The position numbers and the translations under genes were made by a program. A stretch of 64,000 nucleotides of DNA from Myxococcota bacterium. GTDB lineage: Bacteria; Myxococcota_A; UBA796; CAJQPC01. The DNA is taken from NCBI GenBank assembly GCA_023150775.1, contig JAKLKE010000004.1, forward strand, positions 2,049 to 66,048, in the 5' to 3' direction. Of this stretch, positions 30,072 through 39,652 are shown one piece after another. Every line of letters starts with the position of its first letter. Within the stretch, counting starts at the first letter, position 1. Below the pieces are notes generated by a model. That model saw nothing but the letters and a program-made list of their open reading frames with translations. It did no database searches and had not been told where the DNA came from.

Positions 30072-31744
30072 AGGGGGAGCTTGGGGGACGGTGAGCCCTG
30101 TAGCAACGCCAAGACCACCGCGTCTAACGCGGCGGCGCCTGCGCTCGGCACCTCAGCGCGCACAGCGGCGTAGGCTGCCTCATCACCATCCCGACGCGCC
30201 AGCGCCGCACGCACTACGATTGCCTCGGACACGCTCGCGACTTCGGGCGACGCGGCGAGCGCCCGCGCCTCCTCCCAACGTCCAGCGCGAGCGTAGACGA
30301 GGGCACGCAGGGCTTGTAGCTCTCCATCCAGCTCGCAGCCTCGGGGGCCGAGCTCGTCCGAGAGTCGGGCGGCGTCCTCAACCGCCCCCACCTTCGTCAA
30401 ACACCTTAGCGCAGGGGCGCAGGCAGAGAGCGAGGGTAACGCGGCGTTGAGTGAGCCCATCAGCAGCGGGCAGGCGCGCTCAAGCTCACCCCGGTACATC
30501 AGCGCATTTCCGTATCCACCCGCGTTCATCGGGTTGGGACGCTGGTTGTACGCTGCCTCCCATAGATCTAGCTCGGAGGCCCAAGCCGGGAGCCGCTGGG
30601 AGATGACCAACGCCGCGCCAAGAGCCAGCGGCGCCAACACGACAAAAAAGCGGCGGGGGAGGCCCGCCGTCGCGGCGGCGAAGGCGAGGCTGAGCCCACC
30701 CATCGGCGCGTAGAGGTATCGTTCGCCGACCAATCCGTGCATCGCGATGGCGACCAAACACGGCGCGAAGCTCAGCAGCGCAAAGGCCAGCCCCGCCGCC
30801 GCCAATCGGCCTCCCCGCGTCACGAGGATTGTCACCGCAGCCACACCACCGCCCAACCCCATCAGAAGTTCCAATACGGAGAACTCCAGATAGTCCATAT
30901 GATCCCCCGTAGTTAACGGCCAGGGAACCAGCAGGCGCAGCGCATAATGGGCGGCGAGCTGGGGCGCCTTGGCGAACATGATTCCCCAGTGTGCCTCGTG
31001 AGTGGTAGTAACAAGGTCGATCCCCGCGCGATCCCGCAGAATCAACCACCCCACGATCCCAGCGGCGACGACGGCGTATCGACCCCACCCGCGCGGTCGC
31101 CCCCAGCGCGCGAGGTCCAAGGCGAGCAAGAGCCCGCCGATGAGGAGCCCGCTCTCTTTGGACAGCATCGCCGCCGCCGCCAAGAGGCCGCCGCTGAAGA
31201 GCGCCCCTCGGCTCGGCCGCTCGTCACAGAGCAGAGACACCGACCAGAACGTGAACGCCGCCACCATGAGGTCGTTTCGTGCCGAGATCCACGCCACGGC
31301 CTCGGACTGGAGCGGGTGCAGCAGAAACAGCGCCGCCCCCGCCACGGCGGGCCAAGAAGGCACGATCTGTCGAAGGAGCGCCCACAACCCAGCCGCCGCG
31401 ATCAGGTGCCACACGAGCGAGTGCAGGTGGTGACCGACCGCAGAGAGGCCCCACAACGCGCGGTCTACGGCGAGACTCACGAGCATCAACGGCCGAAAGT
31501 AGCCTGTGCTCATGGGTGGATCCGCCGCCGCCCAGAGGTCAACCGTGAACATTTCGGGTACGTTGCGCCAGTCACCAGTGAGGGTGTTTCGTAAGACCAG
31601 GGTGTCGTCATCCCAGACGAAGCCCGCCAACGAGAGCGCCGCGTAGGCTGCAACGGTGAGCAGCGTCAATCCCAAGGCCGCGACAGTAGGTGAGACGGGG
31701 CCGCTATCAGCCTGCGGGTCGAGGGGGGCGTCTTGCCGACTCAT
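30068..31744 (-). CDS. TMTC-like GT-C glycosyltransferase with TPRs (paralog)
   Basis: Same motifs as neighbour; visibly lower GC in its C-terminal half. Confidence 0.85.
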   Translation of the reverse strand: MSRQDAPLDPQADSGPVSPTVAALGLTLLTVAAYAALSLAGFVWDDDTLVLRNTLTGDWRNVPEMFTVDLWAAADPPMSTGYFRPLMLVSLAVDRALWGLSAVGHHLHSLVWHLIAAAGLWALLRQIVPSWPAVAGAALFLLHPLQSEAVAWISARNDLMVAAFTFWSVSLLCDERPSRGALFSGGLLAAAAMLSKESGLLIGGLLLALDLARWGRPRGWGRYAVVAAGIVGWLILRDRAGIDLVTTTHEAHWGIMFAKAPQLAAHYALRLLVPWPLTTGDHMDYLEFSVLELLMGLGGGVAAVTILVTRGGRLAAAGLAFALLSFAPCLVAIAMHGLVGERYLYAPMGGLSLAFAAATAGLPRRFFVVLAPLALGAALVISQRLPAWASELDLWEAAYNQRPNPMNAGGYGNALMYRGELERACPLLMGSLNAALPSLSACAPALRCLTKVGAVEDAARLSDELGPRGCELDGELQALRALVYARAGRWEEARALAASPEVASVSEAIVVRAALARRDGDEAAYAAVRAEVPSAGAAALDAVVLALLQGSPSPKLPL

Positions 31745-31785
31745 GGGGTGATCATAACATGGCACACGGCCTCAAAAACTTCCGC

Positions 31786-32265
31786 TCAATAGACGTCCGC
31801 GCCCGTGACCGGGACCGGCCGTAAGGTGCGCAGGGCAGTGTAGGTCGCCTCGACACCGTCCGCGTCGATGTCGGAGCGGCCGAACACCGTAAAGTTGCCA
31901 CCATCAGTGCCTTTGCGCCCGGCCACGGTGATGATCTCGTACTGGCCACGCACGTCCCCATCGGGCACCCAGCCCAGCTCCGTGAAGCCGCTGTTGCCGC
32001 CGTCCCACTCGACGGGGGCTTTGCCAGGGATGACCGGCGGGTGGGCCACGGCGGCAACGTACCCGTCATTCACGGCGTCGTAGCCGATCTCAGCGGTCTG
32101 GATCGCCGAGACGTTCACCGGCAGCTCGGCCCGTTTGGCCCGGTACTGCATCTCGACAAAGTTCGGGATCGCCACCGCGGCGAGGATAGCGATGATGGCG
32201 ACGACGATCATCAGCTCAACCAAGGTGAACCCGCGACCTTCCTGGCGCGTGTGGGCCTTGAACAT
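31786..32265 (-). CDS. Type IV pilin (second copy)
   Basis: G|FTLVELMIVVAIIAILAAVAIPNF prepilin site; GGAGG RBS. Confidence 0.92.
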   Translation of the reverse strand: MFKAHTRQEGRGFTLVELMIVVAIIAILAAVAIPNFVEMQYRAKRAELPVNVSAIQTAEIGYDAVNDGYVAAVAHPPVIPGKAPVEWDGGNSGFTELGWVPDGDVRGQYEIITVAGRKGTDGGNFTVFGRSDIDADGVEATYTALRTLRPVPVTGADVY

Positions 32266-32305
32266 GCGGCACCTCCATCCTGGGGGTTGTTCAAACTAAA
32301 CTCTA

Positions 32306-32343
32306 AAAATGACAAAGGGTGACCGGCGTGCGCCGATCACCCT
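32306..32343 (-). terminator. Terminator after major pilin
   Basis: agggtgatcggcg-ca-cgccggtcaccct followed by ttgtcattttt. Confidence 0.8.
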
Positions 32344-32369
32344 AAGTCCACCTTAGACGGGCCTACAGA

Positions 32370-32822
32370 TCAGTAGGTGTCGTTGTTCACGTTGAAGGTG
32401 GTGTTGATGGACTTGGTGGCGGTGTAGTTGGACGGGTTGGAGTCGCCGTCGATGTCGCCGGTGCCCGTGACGATGAAGTCGCCGGAGCCGTTGCCCGCGT
32501 CAAGCTCAACGGTGTAGGAGCCGCGAACCGCGCCGTCAGGCTGCCAGCCGAGGGTCTGGAAGCCGCCGGAGGCGGTGGAATCCCACGGTTGGGTCGTCTT
32601 GCCGGAGACGGTGGCGGGATAGGCGGCGGCCGCGATGAAGGTGTCGAAGGCGGCGTCGTAGCCCATCTCGGCGGTCTTGATGCCATCGACGTTGGCGGGG
32701 AGCTCAGCGCGCTTGGCGCGGTATTGCATCTCGACGAAGTTCGGGATCGCGATCGCGGCGAGGATGCCGATGATGGCGACGACGATCATGAGCTCGACGA
32801 GGGTGAAGCCCTTCTTGGACAT
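32370..32822 (-). CDS. pilA: Major type IVa pilin
   Basis: MSKKG|FTLVELMIVVAIIGILAAIAIPNF; sigma54 promoter upstream and terminator downstream. Confidence 0.92.
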   Translation of the reverse strand: MSKKGFTLVELMIVVAIIGILAAIAIPNFVEMQYRAKRAELPANVDGIKTAEMGYDAAFDTFIAAAAYPATVSGKTTQPWDSTASGGFQTLGWQPDGAVRGSYTVELDAGNGSGDFIVTGTGDIDGDSNPSNYTATKSINTTFNVNNDTY

Positions 32823-32904
32823 TGTAGACTCCGGTGCGTGTGCGGTCGTGGGTGGAGGCTGGCGGTCAGTGGGGGGTGCGTTTCCTTCTGACGGAAGGAC
32901 CAAA

Positions 32905-32921
32905 TGCAAGGGGTGTGCCAA
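32905..32921 (-). promoter_or_regulatory. Sigma54 -24/-12 promoter of pilA
   Basis: TTGGCAC-ACCCC-TTGCA on minus strand. Confidence 0.9.
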
Positions 32922-33042
32922 CCGATGCTCAGCCGAGGCCCCGCCTCCCCGATCCTCTCAGAGGGGGTGTAGCGGCGGAACGGACAGAGATCGTTTGCGT
33001 TTTTGCCGCCGCCGTGGATCAACACCGCCTGCCCTCCTGCGG

Positions 33043-33085
33043 CAGGGCGGCTGACAAAAAGCGGCAGGTGTCACGATTGGTCACC
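33043..33085. repeat. 43-bp element, copy 1 (TGACA-N12-TGTCA; candidate enhancer upstream of pilA)
   Basis: 36/43 identical to 34421..34463 by manual alignment. Confidence 0.7.
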
Positions 33086-33138
33086 AAATCTGCCTGCCGG
33101 TCTTCGACACCCAAGGCGCCCCCTCGGGTATCCTCGTC

Positions 33139-34308
33139 GTGATGCGCGCCCCCCACCGAACAAGACGCCTCGGCGCCATCGGCCAAGGGCAGAGCCTGCG
33201 GCCCTTGTGGGAGGAGGGCCCCGACGCGCCGCGCCCGGTGTACGGCGAGAGCGTCACCGCCCAGGAGAGCCTCGGCCTCACGCCGATCTCCGCCTTGCGG
33301 GTGGGCGAGCTGCGGGTGGTGCGCAGCGGGCGGGATCGCCTCTATGATCTCAGCGCCGATCCCCAAGAGCTGCACGACGTCTCCGCCGAGCGACCCGACG
33401 ACCTCACGCGGATTCAAGCGGCGCTCACGACCTATGTGGAGGCCCACACCGGTCCCCTCGCCGCCCTTGGCCCCCAGGCCCTAGACGCCGAGACCCAGGC
33501 GCTGTTGAGCCAGCTCGGCTACGTCGACGCCGGGGTGGAGGAGACCGGCGGCGACCTCTATGACTCCTTGGACCTGCTCGCCGTGCATGATCAGCTCGGC
33601 CTCAGCCCCAGCCAGCGGCGCCTCGACCCGGCCTTGCTCGTGCGGGTGCTGCGGGCGCACCCCGGGGCCCTGAGCCTGTGGGCGCGGGGCGTGCCCTTCT
33701 TGTTGGAGCTGGAGCACCCCGAGGCCGACGCCTTGGCCATCGAGGCGGCGCGTCTGTTCCCGGCGGACGAGGAGGTGTTGGCCCGGGCCGCCACGGTGAT
33801 GGCCCGCGCAGGCGACCCCCGCGCCGCCGAGGGCCTGGCGGCGTTTATGGCCTCGGGGCGCGGCGCCGCGGCCGACACCCGCTCCGAGGTGCTGGCCTTG
33901 TGGGCCCAGGTCGCGCTGAGCTTGGGTCGCACCGAGGACGCCCGAACCCTCGTCAGCACCCTCGCGGCGCGACCGCTCCTCTTGGGCCCCGAGCTCTACG
34001 ACCGCGCGCTCTTACGGCACTCCTTGGGGGATGTGCCCGGCGCCGCGTCGGACTACGCCCAGGCCGCCCGGGTGCTCAGCGACGACGCCGCGCTGTGGGC
34101 CAACTTCGCCGGGGCCTTGGCCCAGCTCGGCCGGCTGCCCGAGGCGATGACCGCCGTGGAGCGCTCCTTGGCCCTCGACCCGAGCCAGACGACCCTCTGG
34201 GCGAGGAAGGCGACCTTGGCCCAGGCGATGGGCGACGAGGCGAAGGCCGCCGAGAGCTGCGCGGAGCATCAGCGGCTGGGCGGGCGGGTGGCGCCCTGTG
34301 TTCAATGA
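33139..34308 (+). pseudogene. N-terminally truncated sulfatase-TPR protein
   Basis: Begins with sulfatase C-terminal motifs (VYGES...RLYDLSADPQELHDV...LSQLGYV) then TPRs; catalytic CxPxR N-terminus absent. Confidence 0.6.
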
Positions 34309-34387
34309 ATGTGTTCATTGAACGTGTTTGGTCAGTTGGCGAGCGCGGCGTCGATGGAGGGCGCGGTCAATGAGGCCTTGAACCAGC
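34303..34387 (-). repeat. Remnant copy of rpnS 3' end and downstream sequence
   Basis: 76/85 identical to 36158..36242; encodes WFKASLTAPSIDAALAN*. Confidence 0.85.
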
Positions 34388-34420
34388 AAGTATGAATGAA
34401 TGCGACCTGCTGCGACCTGT

Positions 34421-34463
34421 CAGGGCCGGTGACAAATTGCGTCCGGTGTCACGGTTGGTCACC
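34421..34463. repeat. 43-bp element, copy 2
   Basis: Matches 33043..33085; overlaps the stop codon of the GT39 gene. Confidence 0.7.
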
Positions 34464-36095
34464 GCGCTGGCCTGACGCGCCCTGCCGCGGGGGCTCGGCG
34501 GTGGACCGCAGCGTCACGGGGTCAACGGGCAGGGAGCGCGATTTGACCTGCGGGGTGTCTCGCCACATCGCCGGGAGCGGGATGAGCGCGTCATTCGTGG
34601 CGTCCTGGGACATCACATAGAGGAGAATCGGCGCTTCAGGTCGCCGCTGGGCGATCTCCTCGACCAGCTCGGGGTGATACTCCAGCAGCTCCAGCGGGCC
34701 GGTGGCGCCGATCCAGGCCCCCCTTCGTAGACTCGGGCGAACCGTGAGGCCGCCCTGGGTCGTCTCCGGCGTGTGGAGCGTCACGAGGGGCTCGTCTTGG
34801 TACGCGACCAGCACCACGGTGTCCGGTCGGGCGAAGTCCTCCTGAAGACGTTGAAATCGCCCATCGACCCCCCAGTAGCCGTCGAGCTCGGGGAGCGCGC
34901 TGAGGAGCCGCCAGACGAGCAGCGCCCCGACCCCCACAGGCAGCACGCGGAGCTGAGGCCAGCGTTCTAGCAGGAGATCCACGCCGATCACCACCGTCAC
35001 CAGCACGCCAGGCAAGGCCGCGTGGTGAAACCGCGCCCCATAACAGAGCCCAGGCACCCAATAGAGCGAGTAGGCGACTGCCAGCCCGCCCCACAAGAGC
35101 CAGGCCTGTCGGGAGAGCCGGGCGATCACGCCGTCCGTGCTGAGCAGCGCCGGGAGCCCCAGCAGGAGGACCGGCCAGAACCCGACCAGGAGCCGAGCGC
35201 CGACCTGGAGGTTGGTCCAGAGGTTGCGCAGCGCCTTTTGAGGGGTGTGCCCATAGTCTCCATAGGTCGGAAAGCAGCCTCGATCCTCACCAAACCCCAG
35301 TCCATTGCAGCCGGGCGTGTACCGCCACCAGGCGTCGGTCGTCGGCGGGAGGCCCTTGTCAAAATACGCGGTGACCGGAAATGTCCACAGATCTCCAGTC
35401 ACCTGCAGGTTGTGGACGCCGATCAGCGCGCCCGCCGCCAGAAGCGGGAGCATGAAGGCCAGGCCGTGTTTGGCCCGCTCCGGTGCGCTGAGCACCACGG
35501 GCAGCGCCAGCGCGCACACGATCAGGCCGTCGAGGTAGCGCGTGAGCGTGAGGCCCCCGACCATCAGGCCCACCCCGAGGACCCGGGCCAAGGTGAGCGG
35601 CTCCACCAAGAGCCGAATCGTCCCCAGCGTCAGGAGGGCGCACAAGGTGTGGGACATCAGGCTCGCCCCCTGCAAGACGAGCTGCGGCGACAAGGCCAGG
35701 AGCGGGGCCGCGATCATCGCCGCACGATCGCCGCGCAGGCGCCGTGCGAGCCCTGCGCCGAGGAGGACGATCCCCCCGAAGAGGACCGGGTTCACCAGCC
35801 CGCGCACGCCCAGTCCGAGGCCGAGGGCGAGCACGGCCGGCCAGCCCGTCGGGAACACACCAAAACGCCGCCCACCTTGCTCCAACAAGAAGTGGTAGCT
35901 GCTGCTCCCGCTCGGCTCGGGGGAGGCGCTGCCGAACCCACCCTCCAAGAGCGCGCTCGCTTGCAGTGTATAGACCACCTCGTCCTGGACGTGGGGCACC
36001 CCCTCCAGCGGGACGACCGTGATCCAGCTCGCGACCATGACCGCGAGGAGCGACCACAGCGACGTCCACACGCGAGCCCTGATGTGCGTAGGCAT
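34449..36095 (-). CDS. ArnT/PMT-like (GT-C) membrane glycosyltransferase
   Basis: PHVQDEVVY, FPTGWP..L, MSH, many TM helices, YGARF. Confidence 0.75.
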   Translation of the reverse strand: MPTHIRARVWTSLWSLLAVMVASWITVVPLEGVPHVQDEVVYTLQASALLEGGFGSASPEPSGSSSYHFLLEQGGRRFGVFPTGWPAVLALGLGLGVRGLVNPVLFGGIVLLGAGLARRLRGDRAAMIAAPLLALSPQLVLQGASLMSHTLCALLTLGTIRLLVEPLTLARVLGVGLMVGGLTLTRYLDGLIVCALALPVVLSAPERAKHGLAFMLPLLAAGALIGVHNLQVTGDLWTFPVTAYFDKGLPPTTDAWWRYTPGCNGLGFGEDRGCFPTYGDYGHTPQKALRNLWTNLQVGARLLVGFWPVLLLGLPALLSTDGVIARLSRQAWLLWGGLAVAYSLYWVPGLCYGARFHHAALPGVLVTVVIGVDLLLERWPQLRVLPVGVGALLVWRLLSALPELDGYWGVDGRFQRLQEDFARPDTVVLVAYQDEPLVTLHTPETTQGGLTVRPSLRRGAWIGATGPLELLEYHPELVEEIAQRRPEAPILLYVMSQDATNDALIPLPAMWRDTPQVKSRSLPVDPVTLRSTAEPPRQGASGQRGDQP

Positions 36096-36186
36096 CCCAG
36101 TATCCTACAGGATCTTCTATGCTTGGCGCGATCGGGCGCGGGCGCTGGGCGGTCAAACAATAAATACGTTCACTGAACGTGTTTTG

Positions 36187-36492
36187 TCAGTTGGCGAGCG
36201 CGACGTCGATCGAAGGCGCGGTCAACGAGGCCTTGAACCAGCGGCTGAGCGTGTCGAAGGAGGCGGATTGAAGGCGTGCTTCTTGCTCAGGCGTGAGGGC
36301 ACCGAAGTGGTGGGAGAGAATAGTGTCGAGGCCGCGGCGTGCTCCAAGCGCGTAGCCCTCAATGAAGCCCTCAATGAAGCCTTCGGTGTAGGCCTTGGCA
36401 TAGGCCCCCCGGTAGCCCTTCGCCAACACCGAAGCCCCAGCCTCGGCGTTGGCCTCACGCAGAAGCTCATCGCTCGGCGCCCAAAGGGTCAT
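36187..36492 (-). CDS. Stand-alone RpnS/DUF4351-like small protein
   Basis: Homologous to the C-terminus of the upstream Rpn (FGAL.PE.EA.LQSASFDTL.RWFK..LTAPSID); GGAGG RBS, ATGA overlap. Confidence 0.8.
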   Translation of the reverse strand: MTLWAPSDELLREANAEAGASVLAKGYRGAYAKAYTEGFIEGFIEGYALGARRGLDTILSHHFGALTPEQEARLQSASFDTLSRWFKASLTAPSIDVALAN

Positions 36493-37430
36493 TGAGCCTC
36501 CAACGAATCTTGAAGCGCCGCGTCGATCGAGGGCGCGGTCAAGGCCCCCTTAAACCAGCGCTGGAGCGTGTCGAAGGACGCGGATTGAAGATGTGCCTCG
36601 TGCTCGGGCGACAGCGCGCCAAAGCGGTGGTGAAGCAAGCTCAGCAGCGCGTCCAACAAGGCCTGACGGCCTCGCGCCACGCCCTCGGCCTTGCCAATCG
36701 CCACCCCTCGAACTTCACCGATCGCCTCTCCCTCCACCAGCGCCACCGCGCGGGCCTTGGCGTTCAGCTCACGCAGAAACTCGCTCTCTGGCTCCCAGTT
36801 CTCCACGGCGTACTCCTTGAGGATGCGGCCGAACTCCGGCGCGACTTTGCTAAAGATGAGGTCAGTGTACAGCCGCTTGCGCGACTCGTCTACGTTGGCG
36901 ATTGCGTCAATGGCGACTCGGCCAACCTCCACGACCCCGGGCTCGCCGCCGTGGGCGATGACGCTGAGCACGGCCAGCTCCGGGCTCGCCTGGGCTTGGA
37001 CGGGGTCGGTCACCAGGGGCACCTGGGCGGGGCCCATGACGATGGGGCGCATCATGGCGTCAGGGCCGAGGTCGATGGGCTCGGCGGCCCAGCGCGCCGT
37101 GGACGGGTCGAGGGTGACCACGAGCACGGCGGCGGGGCAGCGCTGCCTCGCGCGGGTGAGGGTGAGGTAGGCGGGCCACGACCATTTTTTGTCCTTATCT
37201 TGCTTTAACTGCACCTCGATCACCAAGGCCAGCTCGACGGTGCCGCGCAGGAGGATCGCCGCGTCGGCCCGGTACTCGGCGGGCACGGCCTCGCTGAGGT
37301 CGGTGTCGATCACCACGCCCTCAACGCCCCCGAGCGGCGCGAGGCCCTGGGCGACGGCGAGCAGCTCGGCGGCGAGGAGCGGGCGGGCCCTGAAGAAGCT
37401 GACCAGGGCCTCGTGCAGCGAAGAAGGCAT
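36489..37430 (-). CDS. Rpn-family PD-(D/E)xK nuclease with G-x-x-x-G repeats and DUF4351-like C-terminus
   Basis: HEALV..F..RP.LA, EYRAD..., VIEVQL, KWSWPAY, PELAVLS..AHG, EGEAIGEVRG...AEG. Confidence 0.8.
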   Translation of the reverse strand: MPSSLHEALVSFFRARPLLAAELLAVAQGLAPLGGVEGVVIDTDLSEAVPAEYRADAAILLRGTVELALVIEVQLKQDKDKKWSWPAYLTLTRARQRCPAAVLVVTLDPSTARWAAEPIDLGPDAMMRPIVMGPAQVPLVTDPVQAQASPELAVLSVIAHGGEPGVVEVGRVAIDAIANVDESRKRLYTDLIFSKVAPEFGRILKEYAVENWEPESEFLRELNAKARAVALVEGEAIGEVRGVAIGKAEGVARGRQALLDALLSLLHHRFGALSPEHEAHLQSASFDTLQRWFKGALTAPSIDAALQDSLEAQ

Positions 37431-37512
37431 CAGGAATCATCCGATCCGGTATGGTGATACCTTCCACTATGAGCCGCCGGATCACCCGTCAAGGGACATG
37501 GGCTATGATAAA

Positions 37513-38874
37513 CTACTCCGATCGGTTAAGTACGCGAGGTTGCAGGCGAACGGGCAGGCCCCCTTTGGGGCGCAGGGTGAACAAGGTCTCGGGGATCGGG
37601 GCCGTGTCGCCCAGGCGCTCGGGGGTGAAGCGCTGGAGCAGGGTGGCCAACAACAAGCTGCCCTCCATGCGGGCGAAGGCCTCGCCGATACAGACGCGGG
37701 CGCCGCCGCCGAAGGGGAAGTAGGCGAAGCGGGGGCGCCCGGCGCTGGCCTCGGCGGTGAAGCGCTCGGGGCGGAAGCTCAGGGGCTCGTCCCAGAAGCG
37801 GGGGTCGCGGTGGGCGCACCAGGCGGCGGCGAGGATGAGGGTGCCTGGGGCGAAGGTGTAGGCGCCGAAGGTCACGGGCTTCACGGCTTGGCGGGGCAGG
37901 GCCATCGCTGAGGGGTAGAGGCGCAGGGTCTCGGCGAAGACCTGATCACAGAGGGTGAGGCGCGGGAGGTCCGCGGCCTGGGGCGGGCGGTCACCCAAGA
38001 CCTCGTCGAGCTGGGCCTGGAGCCGGGCGGTGACCTCGGGGTGGGCGGCGAGCAGCCAGAACGCCCAGGCCAAGGTGGCGGCGGTGGTCTCGTGCCCGGC
38101 GACGAGCAGGGTGGTCACCTCGTCGTGGATGTGCTCATCGGACATCGCCGCGCCGTCGCCCTCCTCGTCCCGGGCGAAGACGAGCATCGACAAGATGTCG
38201 CCGGTGTCGCCGCTCGCCCGCCGGGCGGTGATCATGCGGGAGACGACGGCGCTCAGGCGGCGTTTGCCGTCGTGAAAGCGGCGGTTGGTGGCGGAGGGGA
38301 GGAGCTGAAGAAGCGGGCCGAGGGGGTGTGAGGTCTGGTGGTACCACTGGGCGAAGGCGGCGACGGCGGCGGCGACCTCGTCGGACTCGGCGAGGCTGAG
38401 ATCGGCGCCGAACAGGGTGCGCGCGGCGATGCGTAAGGTGAGGCGGTTGAGGGCGTCGGCGAGGTCGAGGCCGTCTTGGGGCTCGGCCCAGGCGTCCCGG
38501 GCGCGGGCGGCCTCCTCCAGCATCACTTCAGCGTAGGCCATCACCCGCTGGCGATGAAAGGCCGGGGCCATCATGCGCCGCTGGCGTCTGTGGGGCTCAC
38601 CCTCGTTGAGCAAGAGGCCCTTGCCGACGAGGGGCCGAAAGCCCTCTTGGGCGAAGCCCTTCACGAAGGCGCCCTCGGTGTTCAGGAACACCTGGCGCAG
38701 GTCGTCGGGGTGGTTGAGCTGCACCGCCGGCATGTGGAAGAACCGGAAGCCGACGACGTCGCCGTAGCGCCGGGCGTTGTCCTCCAAGAACTGCAGGGGC
38801 GCCTCGTGAAACTCGTTGAGGCTGCCGGTGATCAGGCGGCCTTTGGGGCCGGGCGGGCGGGTGAGCTCGGGCAT
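37513..38874 (-). CDS. Cytochrome P450
   Basis: AGHETT, ETLR, FRPERF, FPFGGGARVCIG. Confidence 0.97.
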   Translation of the reverse strand: MPELTRPPGPKGRLITGSLNEFHEAPLQFLEDNARRYGDVVGFRFFHMPAVQLNHPDDLRQVFLNTEGAFVKGFAQEGFRPLVGKGLLLNEGEPHRRQRRMMAPAFHRQRVMAYAEVMLEEAARARDAWAEPQDGLDLADALNRLTLRIAARTLFGADLSLAESDEVAAAVAAFAQWYHQTSHPLGPLLQLLPSATNRRFHDGKRRLSAVVSRMITARRASGDTGDILSMLVFARDEEGDGAAMSDEHIHDEVTTLLVAGHETTAATLAWAFWLLAAHPEVTARLQAQLDEVLGDRPPQAADLPRLTLCDQVFAETLRLYPSAMALPRQAVKPVTFGAYTFAPGTLILAAAWCAHRDPRFWDEPLSFRPERFTAEASAGRPRFAYFPFGGGARVCIGEAFARMEGSLLLATLLQRFTPERLGDTAPIPETLFTLRPKGGLPVRLQPRVLNRSE

Positions 38875-38900
38875 GGTGACCTCTGGGCGCGGGACAGGTT

Positions 38901-38929
38901 GGTAACGTGAGCTTTTGCTCATGTTTACC
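38901..38929. promoter_or_regulatory. Palindromic operator between P450 and TetR
   Basis: ggtaacgtgagc-tttt-gctcatgtttacc imperfect inverted repeat. Confidence 0.65.
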
Positions 38930-38974
38930 GGAGATGCCCTTCCCGCGCAAGGGGGGAGGGGCTACGTTGGGCGC

Positions 38975-39652
38975 ATGGAGACCGCTCCCCAACGCCGCCG
39001 TGACCCGGTGCAGGCCCGCAGCCGCGCCCGGGTAGACGCCATCCTCGACGCCGCCGACGCCGTGTTCTTGGAGCTGGGCTTCGCCGAGGCCACCACGAAC
39101 CACGTCGCGGCCCGGGCCCAGACCTCCATCGGCTCACTCTACCGCTTCTTCCCCGACAAAGACGCGCTGCTCGTCGCCTTGGCCGAGCGGTACGGCGCGC
39201 GGATGCAGGCCCTCGCCAGCCAGCTCACCCCGATGGACCCTGAAGGCGCCACGCTGCGGGGCCTCATCAGCGACGGCATCGATGGGTTCTCGGCGTTCTT
39301 GTTGGCGAACCCGGGCTTCGTCACCTTGATTCATCAGGCGCGGCACCCGGCCTTGACCGCCGGGCGGCGGGCCCAAGAGGGGCAGATGGCGGCGCTCATC
39401 GGCGGGCTCAGCGCCAAGCTCGCGCCCCAGCTCACCGCGGAGGAGGTCTTGGTGATCGGCGACGTCGCCCAGGCCGTGCTCAGCGCGCTCCAGACCTTGG
39501 CCCACCTGCACGACGAGGCCCAAGCCCGAGAGGCCACGCTCTCCGAGGCGAAGCTGATGATGACGCTCTACCTCTCCCGGCGCCTGGGCGTGCCTGAAGA
39601 TGTGCCGCTGGCGAGCCTCGGCGGCGACGGCGTTGGCCAGCGCGGCGCCTAA
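38975..39652 (+). CDS. TetR family regulator
   Basis: P.QARSRARVDAILDAA...TTNHVAARA..SIGSLYRFFPDK. Confidence 0.92.
   Translation: METAPQRRRDPVQARSRARVDAILDAADAVFLELGFAEATTNHVAARAQTSIGSLYRFFPDKDALLVALAERYGARMQALASQLTPMDPEGATLRGLISDGIDGFSAFLLANPGFVTLIHQARHPALTAGRRAQEGQMAALIGGLSAKLAPQLTAEEVLVIGDVAQAVLSALQTLAHLHDEAQAREATLSEAKLMMTLYLSRRLGVPEDVPLASLGGDGVGQRGA

Noticed and set aside
36489-37430. Rpn gene as an IS transposase
   Set aside because: No terminal inverted repeats or target duplication; the family is better explained as nuclease/defence.
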